A stretch of DNA of 64,000 nt from Rhodothermales bacterium (GTDB lineage Bacteria > Bacteroidota > Rhodothermia > Rhodothermales > UBA10348): contig JAQWHM010000011.1 in the NCBI GenBank assembly GCA_029249345.1, positions 111,673 through 175,672 on the forward strand, written 5' to 3'. Position 1 is the stretch's first letter, and every line of letters starts with the position of its first letter. Positions 10,814 to 20,582 of the stretch are shown one piece after another. Under the pieces are notes generated by a model. That model made no database searches. It was given only the letters and a program-made list of their open reading frames with translations, and had not been told where the DNA came from. A program made the position numbers and the translations under genes.

Positions 10814-11242
10814 TTGCCTCTTACCTCTCCAGGTTCTCCTAGCATTCTCAGCCGTCTCACGTTATTGAATAGCGAGTTGACTGTTGCTGTGGGAGAAATT
10901 GCAGCTGAGCATCAAATTTCTGCCGCCCAGTTCGCTGTATTGCGCGTTTTGATCGAATCTTGGCCGGACCCACTCACGTGTTCAGATATTGGATGCAATT
11001 TGCTGGATCGGACTCCAGACGTTACTCGTCTGCTCGACAGATTGGATAAAGCAGGCCTTATTGACCGAAAACGCTGCACGGAAGACCGCCGCGTTACACA
11101 TGTCCATCTGAGCACCGAGGGCAAATCACGTACGATTGCGGTTGTGGAGCAGGTTAATAGATTTGAGCGACATCTGATCGATCGGCTCAGTACGGAGGAG
11201 CAACGTCTTTTAACCCATTTGTTGGACCGTATTCGCTTGTAA
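10814..11242 (+). CDS. MarR family transcriptional regulator (start uncertain; TTG 10814 preferred over 10712)
   Basis: ISAAQFAVLRVL, PDVTRLLDRLDKAGLIDR, EDRRVTHVHLSTEG. Confidence 0.8.
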   Translation: MPLTSPGSPSILSRLTLLNSELTVAVGEIAAEHQISAAQFAVLRVLIESWPDPLTCSDIGCNLLDRTPDVTRLLDRLDKAGLIDRKRCTEDRRVTHVHLSTEGKSRTIAVVEQVNRFERHLIDRLSTEEQRLLTHLLDRIRL

Positions 11243-11291
11243 TCGCGACTCGCAACTTTTAATCTATGCCTCCCCAGAATCTCGAGGAGAC

Positions 11292-12044
11292 ATGTCTAAA
11301 ATCCATCTGCTGAGCCGACCACAAAAACTGTACGTCATTTGTGCAGCCATCTTTCTTACCGCTCTCGTGGTAGCAGAAGCCACGGCAGGTAAGTTGTTTA
11401 CGGTAATTCACCTCCCATTCGCACTGAACATTCTGGGAACCTCCTTTACTGAAGTCACCATGACGGCCGGTGTCATCGCCTTTCCTATCACGTTCATCAT
11501 CACGGACCTGCTGAACGAGTATTTCGGAAAGCCGGGGATCCGATTCGTGACCTACATCGGCATGGCGATGATCATGTTTGAGTTTGGACTCATCCAGGTC
11601 GCTATGGCCGTACCCACGTCCTCTATATCACCTGTTCCTGACGCCGCCTTCGACACGGTATTCGGAGCAAGCGGCCGCATCATTATCGGTAGTCTCGTAG
11701 CCTATTTCGTTGGCCAGTTAGCCGATATCAGTCTCTTCCACTGGCTTAGAGGACTGACTGATGGAAAGCACCTTTGGTTAAGAGCCACAGGATCCACCTT
11801 TGGATCGCAGTTTTTGGATACGTTTATCGTCCTTTTCATCGCTTTCTACGGCCCGATGACCATTCAGACGATCGTTGCCGTTACGCTTTTCAACTACGCC
11901 TACAAATTTATCGTAGCCATTGTGATCACTCCTCTAATCTACGTCGCTCATTGGTTAATAGACCGATATCTGGGACAGGACGTTGCAGACGAGATGATCC
12001 ATGCTGCTGAAACGGAAAAATCCATCTTAAAGGGTAATATCTAA
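11292..12044 (+). CDS. Queuosine precursor transporter (YhhQ/VUT family)
   Basis: FPITFIITDLLNEYFG, GSLVAYFVGQLADI, LWLRATGSTFGSQFLDT. Confidence 0.88.
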   Translation: MSKIHLLSRPQKLYVICAAIFLTALVVAEATAGKLFTVIHLPFALNILGTSFTEVTMTAGVIAFPITFIITDLLNEYFGKPGIRFVTYIGMAMIMFEFGLIQVAMAVPTSSISPVPDAAFDTVFGASGRIIIGSLVAYFVGQLADISLFHWLRGLTDGKHLWLRATGSTFGSQFLDTFIVLFIAFYGPMTIQTIVAVTLFNYAYKFIVAIVITPLIYVAHWLIDRYLGQDVADEMIHAAETEKSILKGNI

Positions 12045-12185
12045 TGGATTTATGAGCATATCCCGTTGTTGCTTTTTACCTTTCTCAGTCTTTGGGCTAA
12101 ATGAAACGCAAACGGCCTTTATTTAGTCCGTCGGCAGATGAATCTGTCGGCTGTGCTGGACCCCCTTCTCGAACCTATCATTCGC

Positions 12186-14039
12186 ATGCGTCAAAGATAT
12201 TTCATGTTGATTCTGGCTGCGTTTAGCTTGCCAATCGCAGCATTCGCTCAGCCAGTCACCCAACCGTTCACGTTCAGCCCCATTGAGCATAATTTGCCTT
12301 TGGTTCGCCATGGAAGCACCTCTTGGGGAGACATCGATGGTGATGGTGATCTAGATCTTTTCCTAAGCGGCGAGTCAGAAACGGGAATTGTATCCGCGAT
12401 TTTTCGCAATGACGGATTTGATGGAAACGGTAAAGCCCTATTTACGGAAGTCTCCGCTGTATTAGACCGAGTAGCCTTTTCGGCTTCCTCTTGGGGAGAT
12501 GCCGACGGAGATGGTGATCTCGACCTGGTGGTTATGGGAAGTCGAACTATTTCATATCCGTATGATCCAGTTACGTCGATGTACAGAAATGACGGAGCCA
12601 CCTTTGTTTCAGTTTCAGCTGACCTTCCCCGTTTGCACAGTGGTTCGGTTTCGTGGGGAGACTTAGATAACGATGGAGACCTAGATCTTCTTTTGACGGG
12701 TACGGACGAAAATGATGCGGAAACGTCTTCTATTGCCAATCGAAATGCAGATGGGTCCTACTCAAGCGTCTCCGACGCGCTTCCTGGCATTGCATACGGA
12801 GATTCAGAACTAGGAGATGTGGATGGAGACGGGGACTTGGATGCCGTCATTGCCGGTTCAGGAATCAATGGATTTACCACTCAGGTGTACAAGAACAACT
12901 CCGGCACCCTAACCGCGATGAACCAAGAGTTTGGAGAATTTGCCTTCGCATCGGCTGACCTCGGCGATTATGACAACGATGGAGATTTAGATCTAATCAC
13001 TGGCGGGGGACAAATATCCTCCAACTTGATGGATGGCGCCGTCCGACTCTGGAATAACTCAGGTGGTTCGTTTACCGAAGTCACGCTAAGTGCCAATGGA
13101 ATTCTAGCTGGTGACATCTCCTTCGGCGACTATGATCACGATGGAGATTTAGATTTGATGGTCCTCGGCGCCAATAACATCCTTGGGCGACGGGATGCGT
13201 CAATTTATCAGAATGATGGCGCAAATGGGTTTGTTAACAAATCCATTCTGGTTGGGTCCATTTTTTCTGATATGGAGTGGGGAGACTTTGACGGAGATGG
13301 TGATCTTGATCTCCTAACGAGTGGATTCACCCCGTATGGCCAAACGGCGACTACGCTGTATCAGAACAACCGACAGGTCATTCCGACGGTCCCTTCTGCT
13401 CCTGCTGGGCTGCAATCCAGAGTTGAAAACTCCTCGGTTGAATTGAATTGGCTTCCGACTCTGCAGAGTGATGGGGCCAATACCTTCCTGACCTTCAACG
13501 TGCGCATCGGAACTACACCGGGAGGTACGGACCTCGTATCCTCCATGTCTAATTTCCAGACGGGGCGACTGCAAACTCCTCAGCCGGGTAATGCTACATC
13601 CAACATGAGTATGCATTTGAGCAATCTTAATGATGGAATCTATTATTGGAGTGTTCAGGCGGTGAATAATGCGTTTATCGCCTCACCGTTTTCTGATGAA
13701 GGGTCTTTTTCAGTTTCTGGAGGGCAATCGGTGGATACGGAAACGGATTCCGCCCTACCGCAGCACTTCGCAATCCGACCGAATTACCCAAACCCATTCG
13801 CATCCAAAACCACGATAGAGTACGACCTACCGGAGACGGCAAACGTATCCTTTATCGTGTACTCCATGCTTGGTCAGGAGATACTTCGTCTTAATCCTGG
13901 TGCCCAAGCCGCGGGCCGGCACCAGTTAGAGTGGACCGGCGAAGATGCAAGCGGCAGTCGGGTTGGCTCTGGTATATACCTGTTTGAACTACGGGCCGGC
14001 CCGCGAGTCAAGTCAGGCACTATGACGTTGGTTCGATAA
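12186..14039 (+). CDS. Secreted FG-GAP repeat beta-propeller + FN3-like domain + T9SS C-terminal sorting domain
   Basis: Signal peptide from ATG 12186; seven GDxDxDGDLD repeats; YYWSVQAV; NYPNPFAS...SGIYLFEL CTD. Confidence 0.88.
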   Translation: MRQRYFMLILAAFSLPIAAFAQPVTQPFTFSPIEHNLPLVRHGSTSWGDIDGDGDLDLFLSGESETGIVSAIFRNDGFDGNGKALFTEVSAVLDRVAFSASSWGDADGDGDLDLVVMGSRTISYPYDPVTSMYRNDGATFVSVSADLPRLHSGSVSWGDLDNDGDLDLLLTGTDENDAETSSIANRNADGSYSSVSDALPGIAYGDSELGDVDGDGDLDAVIAGSGINGFTTQVYKNNSGTLTAMNQEFGEFAFASADLGDYDNDGDLDLITGGGQISSNLMDGAVRLWNNSGGSFTEVTLSANGILAGDISFGDYDHDGDLDLMVLGANNILGRRDASIYQNDGANGFVNKSILVGSIFSDMEWGDFDGDGDLDLLTSGFTPYGQTATTLYQNNRQVIPTVPSAPAGLQSRVENSSVELNWLPTLQSDGANTFLTFNVRIGTTPGGTDLVSSMSNFQTGRLQTPQPGNATSNMSMHLSNLNDGIYYWSVQAVNNAFIASPFSDEGSFSVSGGQSVDTETDSALPQHFAIRPNYPNPFASKTTIEYDLPETANVSFIVYSMLGQEILRLNPGAQAAGRHQLEWTGEDASGSRVGSGIYLFELRAGPRVKSGTMTLVR

Positions 14040-14041
14040 GC

Positions 14042-15343
14042 ATGATCTTACCCCCTACTATGTCGAACCGCTCTATCAATCCGCTTCGCCGCAAAATGAA
14101 CATTTCTCGACGAACGGCTGTTGTTCTTGGCACTTTCCTCTCGCTCATTCTTGGTGCAGCGCTGCCGTCCATGGCTCAGCGCCAGTTCGTGCTTGTGACT
14201 GGTATTCCACCTCTCACCCTCGGGGCGCATGCAGGCGCAGATTTTGACGGGGATGGTGACGAAGACGTATTCGTTACTGGAATGGGGCCAGATGGCGTAC
14301 TGCATACCGCACTATATCGATTTGATCGACGAAGAGTGGTTCAACCTGATCCTCTTTCTGAACCTATCGTGTATGCTGATTATACGGTCGTTCCTTTTCT
14401 CAAGACCAGTGTCTGGAAGGGATCAGTAAACTGGCACGATTTGGACAGAAACGGTCGCCCAGATATTATCGTTTCAGGGCAAGCACTGCTCGGGTTTGAT
14501 GGGAATAACGTGGCCATTTTTGGTCCTGTTACAGATATCTATCGCAATGATGGGGATGCGCAATTTACCAAAATGGATGGACACGGTCTACCCTTTGTAT
14601 TCAATAGTAAGGCTGCTTCCGGCGATTTTAACTCAGACGGAATAGAAGATATTCTACTGGGTGGAGAGTTGGCCAATGGGAGCCTGATGTTTGGCCTTTT
14701 TGTGGGTGAAGAAGGATTCACCTATTCAGCTGGCCCAACTACGTTTGAAGGGTTAAACGTTTCCTCCATTTCTGTTTCGGATATAGATGCTGATGGAGAT
14801 TTAGACTTCATTGTGACCGGAACGGACAAAAACAGTTTGCCCGAGACTTCTATCTACCTAAATGATGGGCAAGGTGTGTTTGTCGAAAAATCAACCAACC
14901 TGCCCGATCTCTACTTCGCAGGAACCGACTTCGGAGATATCAACTTCGACGGCTTTGACGATTTACTATTGAATGGTGGCTTTATAAGCCCCAAATTCAT
15001 GCGCGGCGATACGGGCTTATATATCAACGATGGGGCCGGAAATTTCACCCGTTCCAACAATGTCCTAACTGGACTATTTGGTGGCGGCGTTTCCCTTCAG
15101 GATTTAGACGGCGATACAGACTCCGACGTATTTGCGTGGGGCTTAGAAACGCTCGATACAGTCGGAAGCGAGAAAATTATTGTGGCCGAAAATATCGACA
15201 CCTTTCTATTACCCTTAGGGTCCGCTCCGTCCATCCTTTTGGGTGGCATAGCCTGGTTTGACTACGACGGAAATGGACGTAAAGATGTATTCCTATCCGG
15301 AAACCGCTCAGGAACCGTTACGATGTTTATCTACGAATTCTAG
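14042..15343 (+). CDS. Secreted FG-GAP/VCBS repeat protein without T9SS CTD
   Basis: Signal-peptide-like N-terminus; seven DxD/NxDG-type repeats. Confidence 0.85.
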   Translation: MILPPTMSNRSINPLRRKMNISRRTAVVLGTFLSLILGAALPSMAQRQFVLVTGIPPLTLGAHAGADFDGDGDEDVFVTGMGPDGVLHTALYRFDRRRVVQPDPLSEPIVYADYTVVPFLKTSVWKGSVNWHDLDRNGRPDIIVSGQALLGFDGNNVAIFGPVTDIYRNDGDAQFTKMDGHGLPFVFNSKAASGDFNSDGIEDILLGGELANGSLMFGLFVGEEGFTYSAGPTTFEGLNVSSISVSDIDADGDLDFIVTGTDKNSLPETSIYLNDGQGVFVEKSTNLPDLYFAGTDFGDINFDGFDDLLLNGGFISPKFMRGDTGLYINDGAGNFTRSNNVLTGLFGGGVSLQDLDGDTDSDVFAWGLETLDTVGSEKIIVAENIDTFLLPLGSAPSILLGGIAWFDYDGNGRKDVFLSGNRSGTVTMFIYEF

Positions 15344-16257
15344 CCTACAGGAACGGGAGTAAGCCAGCCGTAAGGGTCATTTCCGTTATGAAGAATATCG
15401 AAATAGGCCGACTGCAGGCGCTCAGTGATCTCTCCCCGCTTGCCCGAGCCAATCGTGTGATGATCGATGGACCGAATCGGAGTGACTTCTGCCGCCGTGC
15501 CCGTAAAGAACACCTCGTCGGCAATGTATAAAGCCTCACGTGGAATGAGTGCTTCTTCGACCGAAAGACCCATGTCTCTGGCTAGCGTACAGATACTATC
15601 TCTTGTGATACCCGGCAGAATGGAAAGGGAGACCGGAGCGGTAAACAACTTGCCGTCTTTTACGAGAAAAAGATTTTCTCCAGATCCCTCTGCTACATGC
15701 CCGCTCGTGCTAAGCATGATACCTTCCGTAAATCCGCTCAGAACGGCATCCATCTTCACCAGACCAGCATTTAGATAGTTTCCGCCAGCCTTCGCCAAGG
15801 AAGGGAATGTGTTGGGCGCCATGCGATTCCAGGAAGCCACATGCACATCTACGCCATTTTCAAGAGCCTCTGGCCCGAGATATGCTCCCCATTTCCAAAC
15901 GGCAATAATCGTCTCAACGGGATTGTTATATGGGTTCACGCCCATTGCGCCATGCCCTCTGTAAGACAGAGGTCGAATGTAACATTCTTTAAGACCAGAT
16001 CGAACGATGGTATCGATCACAGCTTGCTCGAGCTCTTCCTGCGAGTAGCCTAGATCCATCCGGTAAATACGAGCGGAATCAATCAGGCGCTGCATGTGCT
16101 CAGCATGACGAAAAATAGCCGAACCTTTTGCTGTGTTATAACAACGGACGCCCTCAAAAACAGACGTACCGTAGTGCAAGGCGTGGGTCAGGACATGCAC
16201 CGTTGCATCTTCAAATGCTACGAACTCACCGTTTTTCCAGATATCAGGATTAGACAT
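15340..16257 (-). CDS. ilvE: Branched-chain amino acid aminotransferase
   Basis: ALHYGTSVFEGVRCY, YIRP, AKAGGNY, EGSGENLF, ILPGITR, FFTGTAAEVTPI. Confidence 0.96.
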   Translation of the reverse strand: MSNPDIWKNGEFVAFEDATVHVLTHALHYGTSVFEGVRCYNTAKGSAIFRHAEHMQRLIDSARIYRMDLGYSQEELEQAVIDTIVRSGLKECYIRPLSYRGHGAMGVNPYNNPVETIIAVWKWGAYLGPEALENGVDVHVASWNRMAPNTFPSLAKAGGNYLNAGLVKMDAVLSGFTEGIMLSTSGHVAEGSGENLFLVKDGKLFTAPVSLSILPGITRDSICTLARDMGLSVEEALIPREALYIADEVFFTGTAAEVTPIRSIDHHTIGSGKRGEITERLQSAYFDILHNGNDPYGWLTPVPVG

Positions 16258-16430
16258 TTGCTTTCTCGTCTATAGAGTGGATCGGAATCACCCACGAAAG
16301 TCATTTTCAGGGATGCGAAGCACAGGTTCAAAGATGTAAAACACTAGGGTATGGTACTGAACACATTGAAATAATGTGTAGCCTAGGTGGCCTCGTTCGA
16401 AGCAATTAACAGACCTTTAAAACAAGCGAA

Positions 16431-17345
16431 TTAGCGCTTGCCTCCAGGATAAGTATAGCCTGCCTGAGACGTGATGCTAGGATCGAGTGTCCACTCGTAG
16501 GACAGCTGATTTATTGAACCAAAAAAACCGAAACCGCCTTCGACATTTGAAAACGTACCTGGCTGCACGAGAATTTCCTCACTAAACACGCCATCTGGCG
16601 GACGCCAGCTATCATCCGTCATTGTTAGACGCATGCCCATGGACATCAGAATAGGCTGAGCGCCTTCACTCACTCCCAACTGTTTAGAGACTTCCTCTTT
16701 GTCTTCGGCATATCGAACGATTATTTCCCATCCATCGTTTTCTAACTCTCCGACGCGGGAGTGAGCATCACCATAGAGAACAACGGCCTCACGGAAAGGA
16801 AGAGAAGGTAGAGACGTATCTAGCGTCCGGTACCAGACCTCTACTCGAAACGGAATAAAGTCTACCTGAGGCCAGAATATTTTCTGTGTAACTCCAGCAA
16901 ATCCTACTTCGGGTTCGCGGGCATCTACAACCTCCAGTTCAGGAACAAGCGTTGTCGCGGTGGCCCTTTTCCCATCGGAACGAGTCACATCCAACTGATA
17001 CCTCCAGCCTGGCACGGGTTGGAAATTTCCTACAAATACATGACCTGAAGTGCCATCCCCAAACGTGATGAGCGAGTCGCGCCACGCGACGACTTCCCCC
17101 GTTTCAATCTCCGTTGTGGTCACGATTGCATCGATAGAGGTTTCCCCTGCGTCGGCGAACTCGGTTCTCAGTTCCATTAACCGGACATACTGATTGTTGG
17201 AAGCCGTGTCGAGGTAACCAAATAGGGTGAAGAAGCGATCCTCTTCCACAAATGGATTGACCTCTTCCTCACAACCCGTCAAGAGCAAGACTCCGAATAC
17301 GGGTACTATCAGAAACCGTAGTAATCGTTTAAATGGAATACCCAT
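16431..17345 (-). CDS. Lipoprotein partner of TonB receptor (DUF4249-like)
   Basis: Lipobox LLLTGC-EEEV; C-terminal SNVEGGFGFFGS; 1-nt overlap with the upstream receptor gene. Confidence 0.75.
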   Translation of the reverse strand: MGIPFKRLLRFLIVPVFGVLLLTGCEEEVNPFVEEDRFFTLFGYLDTASNNQYVRLMELRTEFADAGETSIDAIVTTTEIETGEVVAWRDSLITFGDGTSGHVFVGNFQPVPGWRYQLDVTRSDGKRATATTLVPELEVVDAREPEVGFAGVTQKIFWPQVDFIPFRVEVWYRTLDTSLPSLPFREAVVLYGDAHSRVGELENDGWEIIVRYAEDKEEVSKQLGVSEGAQPILMSMGMRLTMTDDSWRPPDGVFSEEILVQPGTFSNVEGGFGFFGSINQLSYEWTLDPSITSQAGYTYPGGKR

Positions 17346-19681
17346 TACTTAAACTCCAGTTTTAGCCCGAATGTGGGAATGAGAGGAAGCTGATCCACGC
17401 GGCGCAGGGTGAACAGATCTAAATAAAACAAATTGCGGCGATCATAGGCATTGATCACACCCGTCTGGAACGTCAAGAAAGTCGTTGGGCCTACTCTAAA
17501 CTCACGATCCAGAGATACATCTAAACGATGGTAGGTTGGCAAGCGCCCCGTGTACGGTCGGCCGTAGAGCACGCGCTCTTCTCCGGGTACTTCAGCGACG
17601 TTCACCAAGCTGTCTAACATGATCCATCGATCAAATCCGAGAGACTCATTGAACGGTAGGCCGGTACCCATCTGCCAACGCACATTAAAATTAAATCCCT
17701 TGACCTTCATGGACGTCATAACGTTCAATTGGTCTTTTCTGTCATGCGGTGGATTGTATTCGACGACGTCATCACCTGTAAGCAGCTGCAAAGCCCGCGC
17801 TGTAGATTCATAGATTACCTCAGAACGCCCCCAACTGACTGTAGCTTGAAAATTATCGCTACTTCCAAGCTCTAAACGCAAATCAAACCCTTTCGCAGAG
17901 CCATCAGCCGGCTGAATATTGGTTGTAAAACGCGGATAAGCAGTCCATTCTGGTACTACCAGATTGTCCAGATCTTTATAGAAACCCTCTGCCGAGAACG
18001 TTAACCAGTCTGTCGGAGCAATCCGGTATCCGGCAATCAAATGCTTCGCTTCTGGAATAACCGTACTAGGGGCGGCGGTCCAAGCCGTAAAAATATCTCC
18101 CGCATTTCGCCGATCGTTCAAGCCCGTTATTTCCTGGTGATAAATACCAGCGGCCGTTGAGAAACGGTGGATGCCCGTATTCCACACCAAGCGGAATCGC
18201 GGCTCAAAAAACGTTTCACTTTTGCTCGGGAACGTCTGAAGTCGAAGACCCGGCTGAATCGAAAGACCTTCCGTTGGGTTGAACTCGGGCTCGATATATG
18301 CCCCTACCTCGGTGATATACTCGATTTTGAGGTCTACATTCTGAAACAGTCCACCAAGATTAGAATCCAGCTTGGAAGAACTCAGAAAAAGTCCCCAGTT
18401 GAAATTCGTGGTCCCAATAGAATGAGTGACATTGGAGGCGAAAGAGAAGTAAGTCGCATTCGTCGTTTGGGTAGGATCAAGCGGCGGCCCAAACTGATTC
18501 TTTAGGTCTGAATAGTTGACCAATACTTCAGCAAAAACAGGAAGAGAGGACGGCAGAAAGAGCAACCTCGATCCGATTGCATAACTTTCCCATTGGACTT
18601 CGTCAGCAATGTAATCATCCCCAGTAGCCAACAACGGATCTAATCCAAGTTGTCCCTGGTCATCGGTTCTAATTCCGGATATCGAGAGCTGAGCGCTTTT
18701 ACCTAGGTTCGCGTGGATTTTAGCAAACACGTCTCCAAACGCAAACGGAAGTTCCTCATCAATCAATTTTGCAGCGCCTTGTTCGATTACGGATTCTCGA
18801 ATAGAAGCCATAAAGGAAACCTTTCCAGGAATCAGCGGACCTTCCAAACGCAATGTGGACACAAACGGAGCCAGCGTTGCCGCCCCTACAAATCGACGTT
18901 TATTGCCTGTTCGGGCGGTGATATCAATAACAGAGGATAGACGACCCCCAAATTTGCTACCGTACCCACCTGCGTACACATCTGCCGTGTTTATGATATC
19001 TGATGGGAACGCTGAAAAGAACCCAACAATATGGAAGGGCTGAAAAATCTGCATCCCGTCAAGAAGAACCATGTTCTGAGTAGGTTCACCACCACGAATA
19101 AACAACTGTCCCCCTCGGTCTCCCTGAGAGACCACGCCGGGAAGAGCGGTCAAATAGTTGACCAAGTCTGCCGAAATGTCTGGCGAAGGCACAAGAGAGA
19201 TGTCAGCTGGCCGAATCGTCTGTAGACCCGCCGTGATGTTTGCAACACCAGCTGTTTCCCGAGCACCCTCAACAACTAATTCGCCCAGCGTCGTATCGTC
19301 AACAACCAATTCAATATTGAGGCTTTGAATTTCACCGGCAACCATCACAACTGCTTGTTCGAAGTCCTTAAAACCAATAAAAGAGGCTTTTAGCTGATAA
19401 CTACCTCCCGGAACACGGGATATAACATAAAAGCCATCGGTATCGGCTGCTGCTCCATACAACTCCCCTTCGGCATTCGTCAAAATGACGTTTACCCCAG
19501 GCATAGGTTGTCCATCTGAGACATCCGTGACGAAACCTCGGATAGAAGATGTTTGCGCCTGAGTCACTGCTGCGAAAGACAGTAAAAAACACAGGATGAG
19601 GCTAATCCTTAAAACGGTAGAATGGAGCTTCAAAATGACTGTTGGTGTGGTTCCGATACAAGACTTGATTTTACGGTTCAA
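17345..19681 (-). CDS. TonB-dependent receptor with N-terminal carboxypeptidase-regulatory-like domain
   Basis: IRGFVTD..DGQPMPGVNV, LPGVV...LFIRGG..QN.VLLDG, GGRLSSVIDI, RLPTYHRLDVS. Confidence 0.92.
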   Translation of the reverse strand: MNRKIKSCIGTTPTVILKLHSTVLRISLILCFLLSFAAVTQAQTSSIRGFVTDVSDGQPMPGVNVILTNAEGELYGAAADTDGFYVISRVPGGSYQLKASFIGFKDFEQAVVMVAGEIQSLNIELVVDDTTLGELVVEGARETAGVANITAGLQTIRPADISLVPSPDISADLVNYLTALPGVVSQGDRGGQLFIRGGEPTQNMVLLDGMQIFQPFHIVGFFSAFPSDIINTADVYAGGYGSKFGGRLSSVIDITARTGNKRRFVGAATLAPFVSTLRLEGPLIPGKVSFMASIRESVIEQGAAKLIDEELPFAFGDVFAKIHANLGKSAQLSISGIRTDDQGQLGLDPLLATGDDYIADEVQWESYAIGSRLLFLPSSLPVFAEVLVNYSDLKNQFGPPLDPTQTTNATYFSFASNVTHSIGTTNFNWGLFLSSSKLDSNLGGLFQNVDLKIEYITEVGAYIEPEFNPTEGLSIQPGLRLQTFPSKSETFFEPRFRLVWNTGIHRFSTAAGIYHQEITGLNDRRNAGDIFTAWTAAPSTVIPEAKHLIAGYRIAPTDWLTFSAEGFYKDLDNLVVPEWTAYPRFTTNIQPADGSAKGFDLRLELGSSDNFQATVSWGRSEVIYESTARALQLLTGDDVVEYNPPHDRKDQLNVMTSMKVKGFNFNVRWQMGTGLPFNESLGFDRWIMLDSLVNVAEVPGEERVLYGRPYTGRLPTYHRLDVSLDREFRVGPTTFLTFQTGVINAYDRRNLFYLDLFTLRRVDQLPLIPTFGLKLEFK

Positions 19682-19727
19682 TTATGGTTTCACAAAGCGG
19701 ATTTAAGGTAAAAATGACGATGCTAGA

Positions 19728-20582
19728 TCAATTTCTTTGCTGATTATCGATGAAGCCTAGCTTTCGGACAGCCGAGGAGTCAATATCCCACCCTCCATCA
19801 AAGACACCAATGGACCCAAAAAAGCCATGCGCGTTTTCCAAATTGAACTCAGAACCTTGTGTTTGCCACTCTTCACTGAATAGCGTTGCCCGCATCTCAA
19901 CATTATGCAGACGGATATCCTGAGTAACACTATCTAATCCTAGTGCATTCAAAATAATGAATCGATCTATACCCAAGCTAATTTCTAGCTCCCATCCAGC
20001 ATTCGAGAGAAATCCAGGGTCGCCGTAGGCTACCGAAATGACCTGACGCTCCGTCTCATTAGGGGGTGAGACCTCGTACAACATGTGGACCTTGGTGGGC
20101 TGATCCTTCAGACCAATGAGGACAAGATGCTGCTTCATGTTTTCAGATTCACCAACCGGAGTTGCGGGAAGCACGACGGGCGGTGCCGGCACCCGGGTAG
20201 TTGCACGGCCTTCCGTTACGCCGTTTCGACCCACGTTAAAGGAGTACTCATGGCCCAGATCCGGACGAAAATTGGCTACGAAAGCTGTACCAAGCGTTCC
20301 ATTGTCTAGCGTGATTATGGAATCCCTCCATATAACTACCGTGCCGTCCGTATGATCAATCGTGGACACTTCAACCCCTTCTAAAGAAACGGGCTCCGAT
20401 AAGATATTGGGTCTTAATCCTTCTAGCCTCACAATCTGTTGGTCAGTGCGCATATCTAAATATCCGTGCAACGCAAAATTGGTCGACTCGCTCTCCACAA
20501 GGGGCTCGATCGTGTTATCACACGCTTGAAAAAGTACAAGAGGTACCAGACAGCATAGATATGAAAGGATTCCTCTTTTCAT
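19728..20582 (-). CDS. Lipoprotein partner of TonB receptor (DUF4249-like), paralog of 16431-17345
   Basis: Lipobox LFQAC-DNT; GYLD...Q.VRL; NLENAHGFFGS. Confidence 0.72.
   Translation of the reverse strand: MKRGILSYLCCLVPLVLFQACDNTIEPLVESESTNFALHGYLDMRTDQQIVRLEGLRPNILSEPVSLEGVEVSTIDHTDGTVVIWRDSIITLDNGTLGTAFVANFRPDLGHEYSFNVGRNGVTEGRATTRVPAPPVVLPATPVGESENMKQHLVLIGLKDQPTKVHMLYEVSPPNETERQVISVAYGDPGFLSNAGWELEISLGIDRFIILNALGLDSVTQDIRLHNVEMRATLFSEEWQTQGSEFNLENAHGFFGSIGVFDGGWDIDSSAVRKLGFIDNQQRN

Noticed and set aside
11243-11291. preQ1 riboswitch before the YhhQ-family transporter
   Set aside because: No stem plus A-rich tail consensus in the 49-nt gap.
12300-15300. Recurrent GATGG(A/T)GA(T/C) nucleotide repeats as a DNA repeat array
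   Set aside because: Fully explained by the codons of the DxDGDLD protein repeats.
15340-15343. Convergent stop codons sharing CTAG between the FG-GAP gene and ilvE
   Set aside because: A common compact-genome overlap with no further signal.
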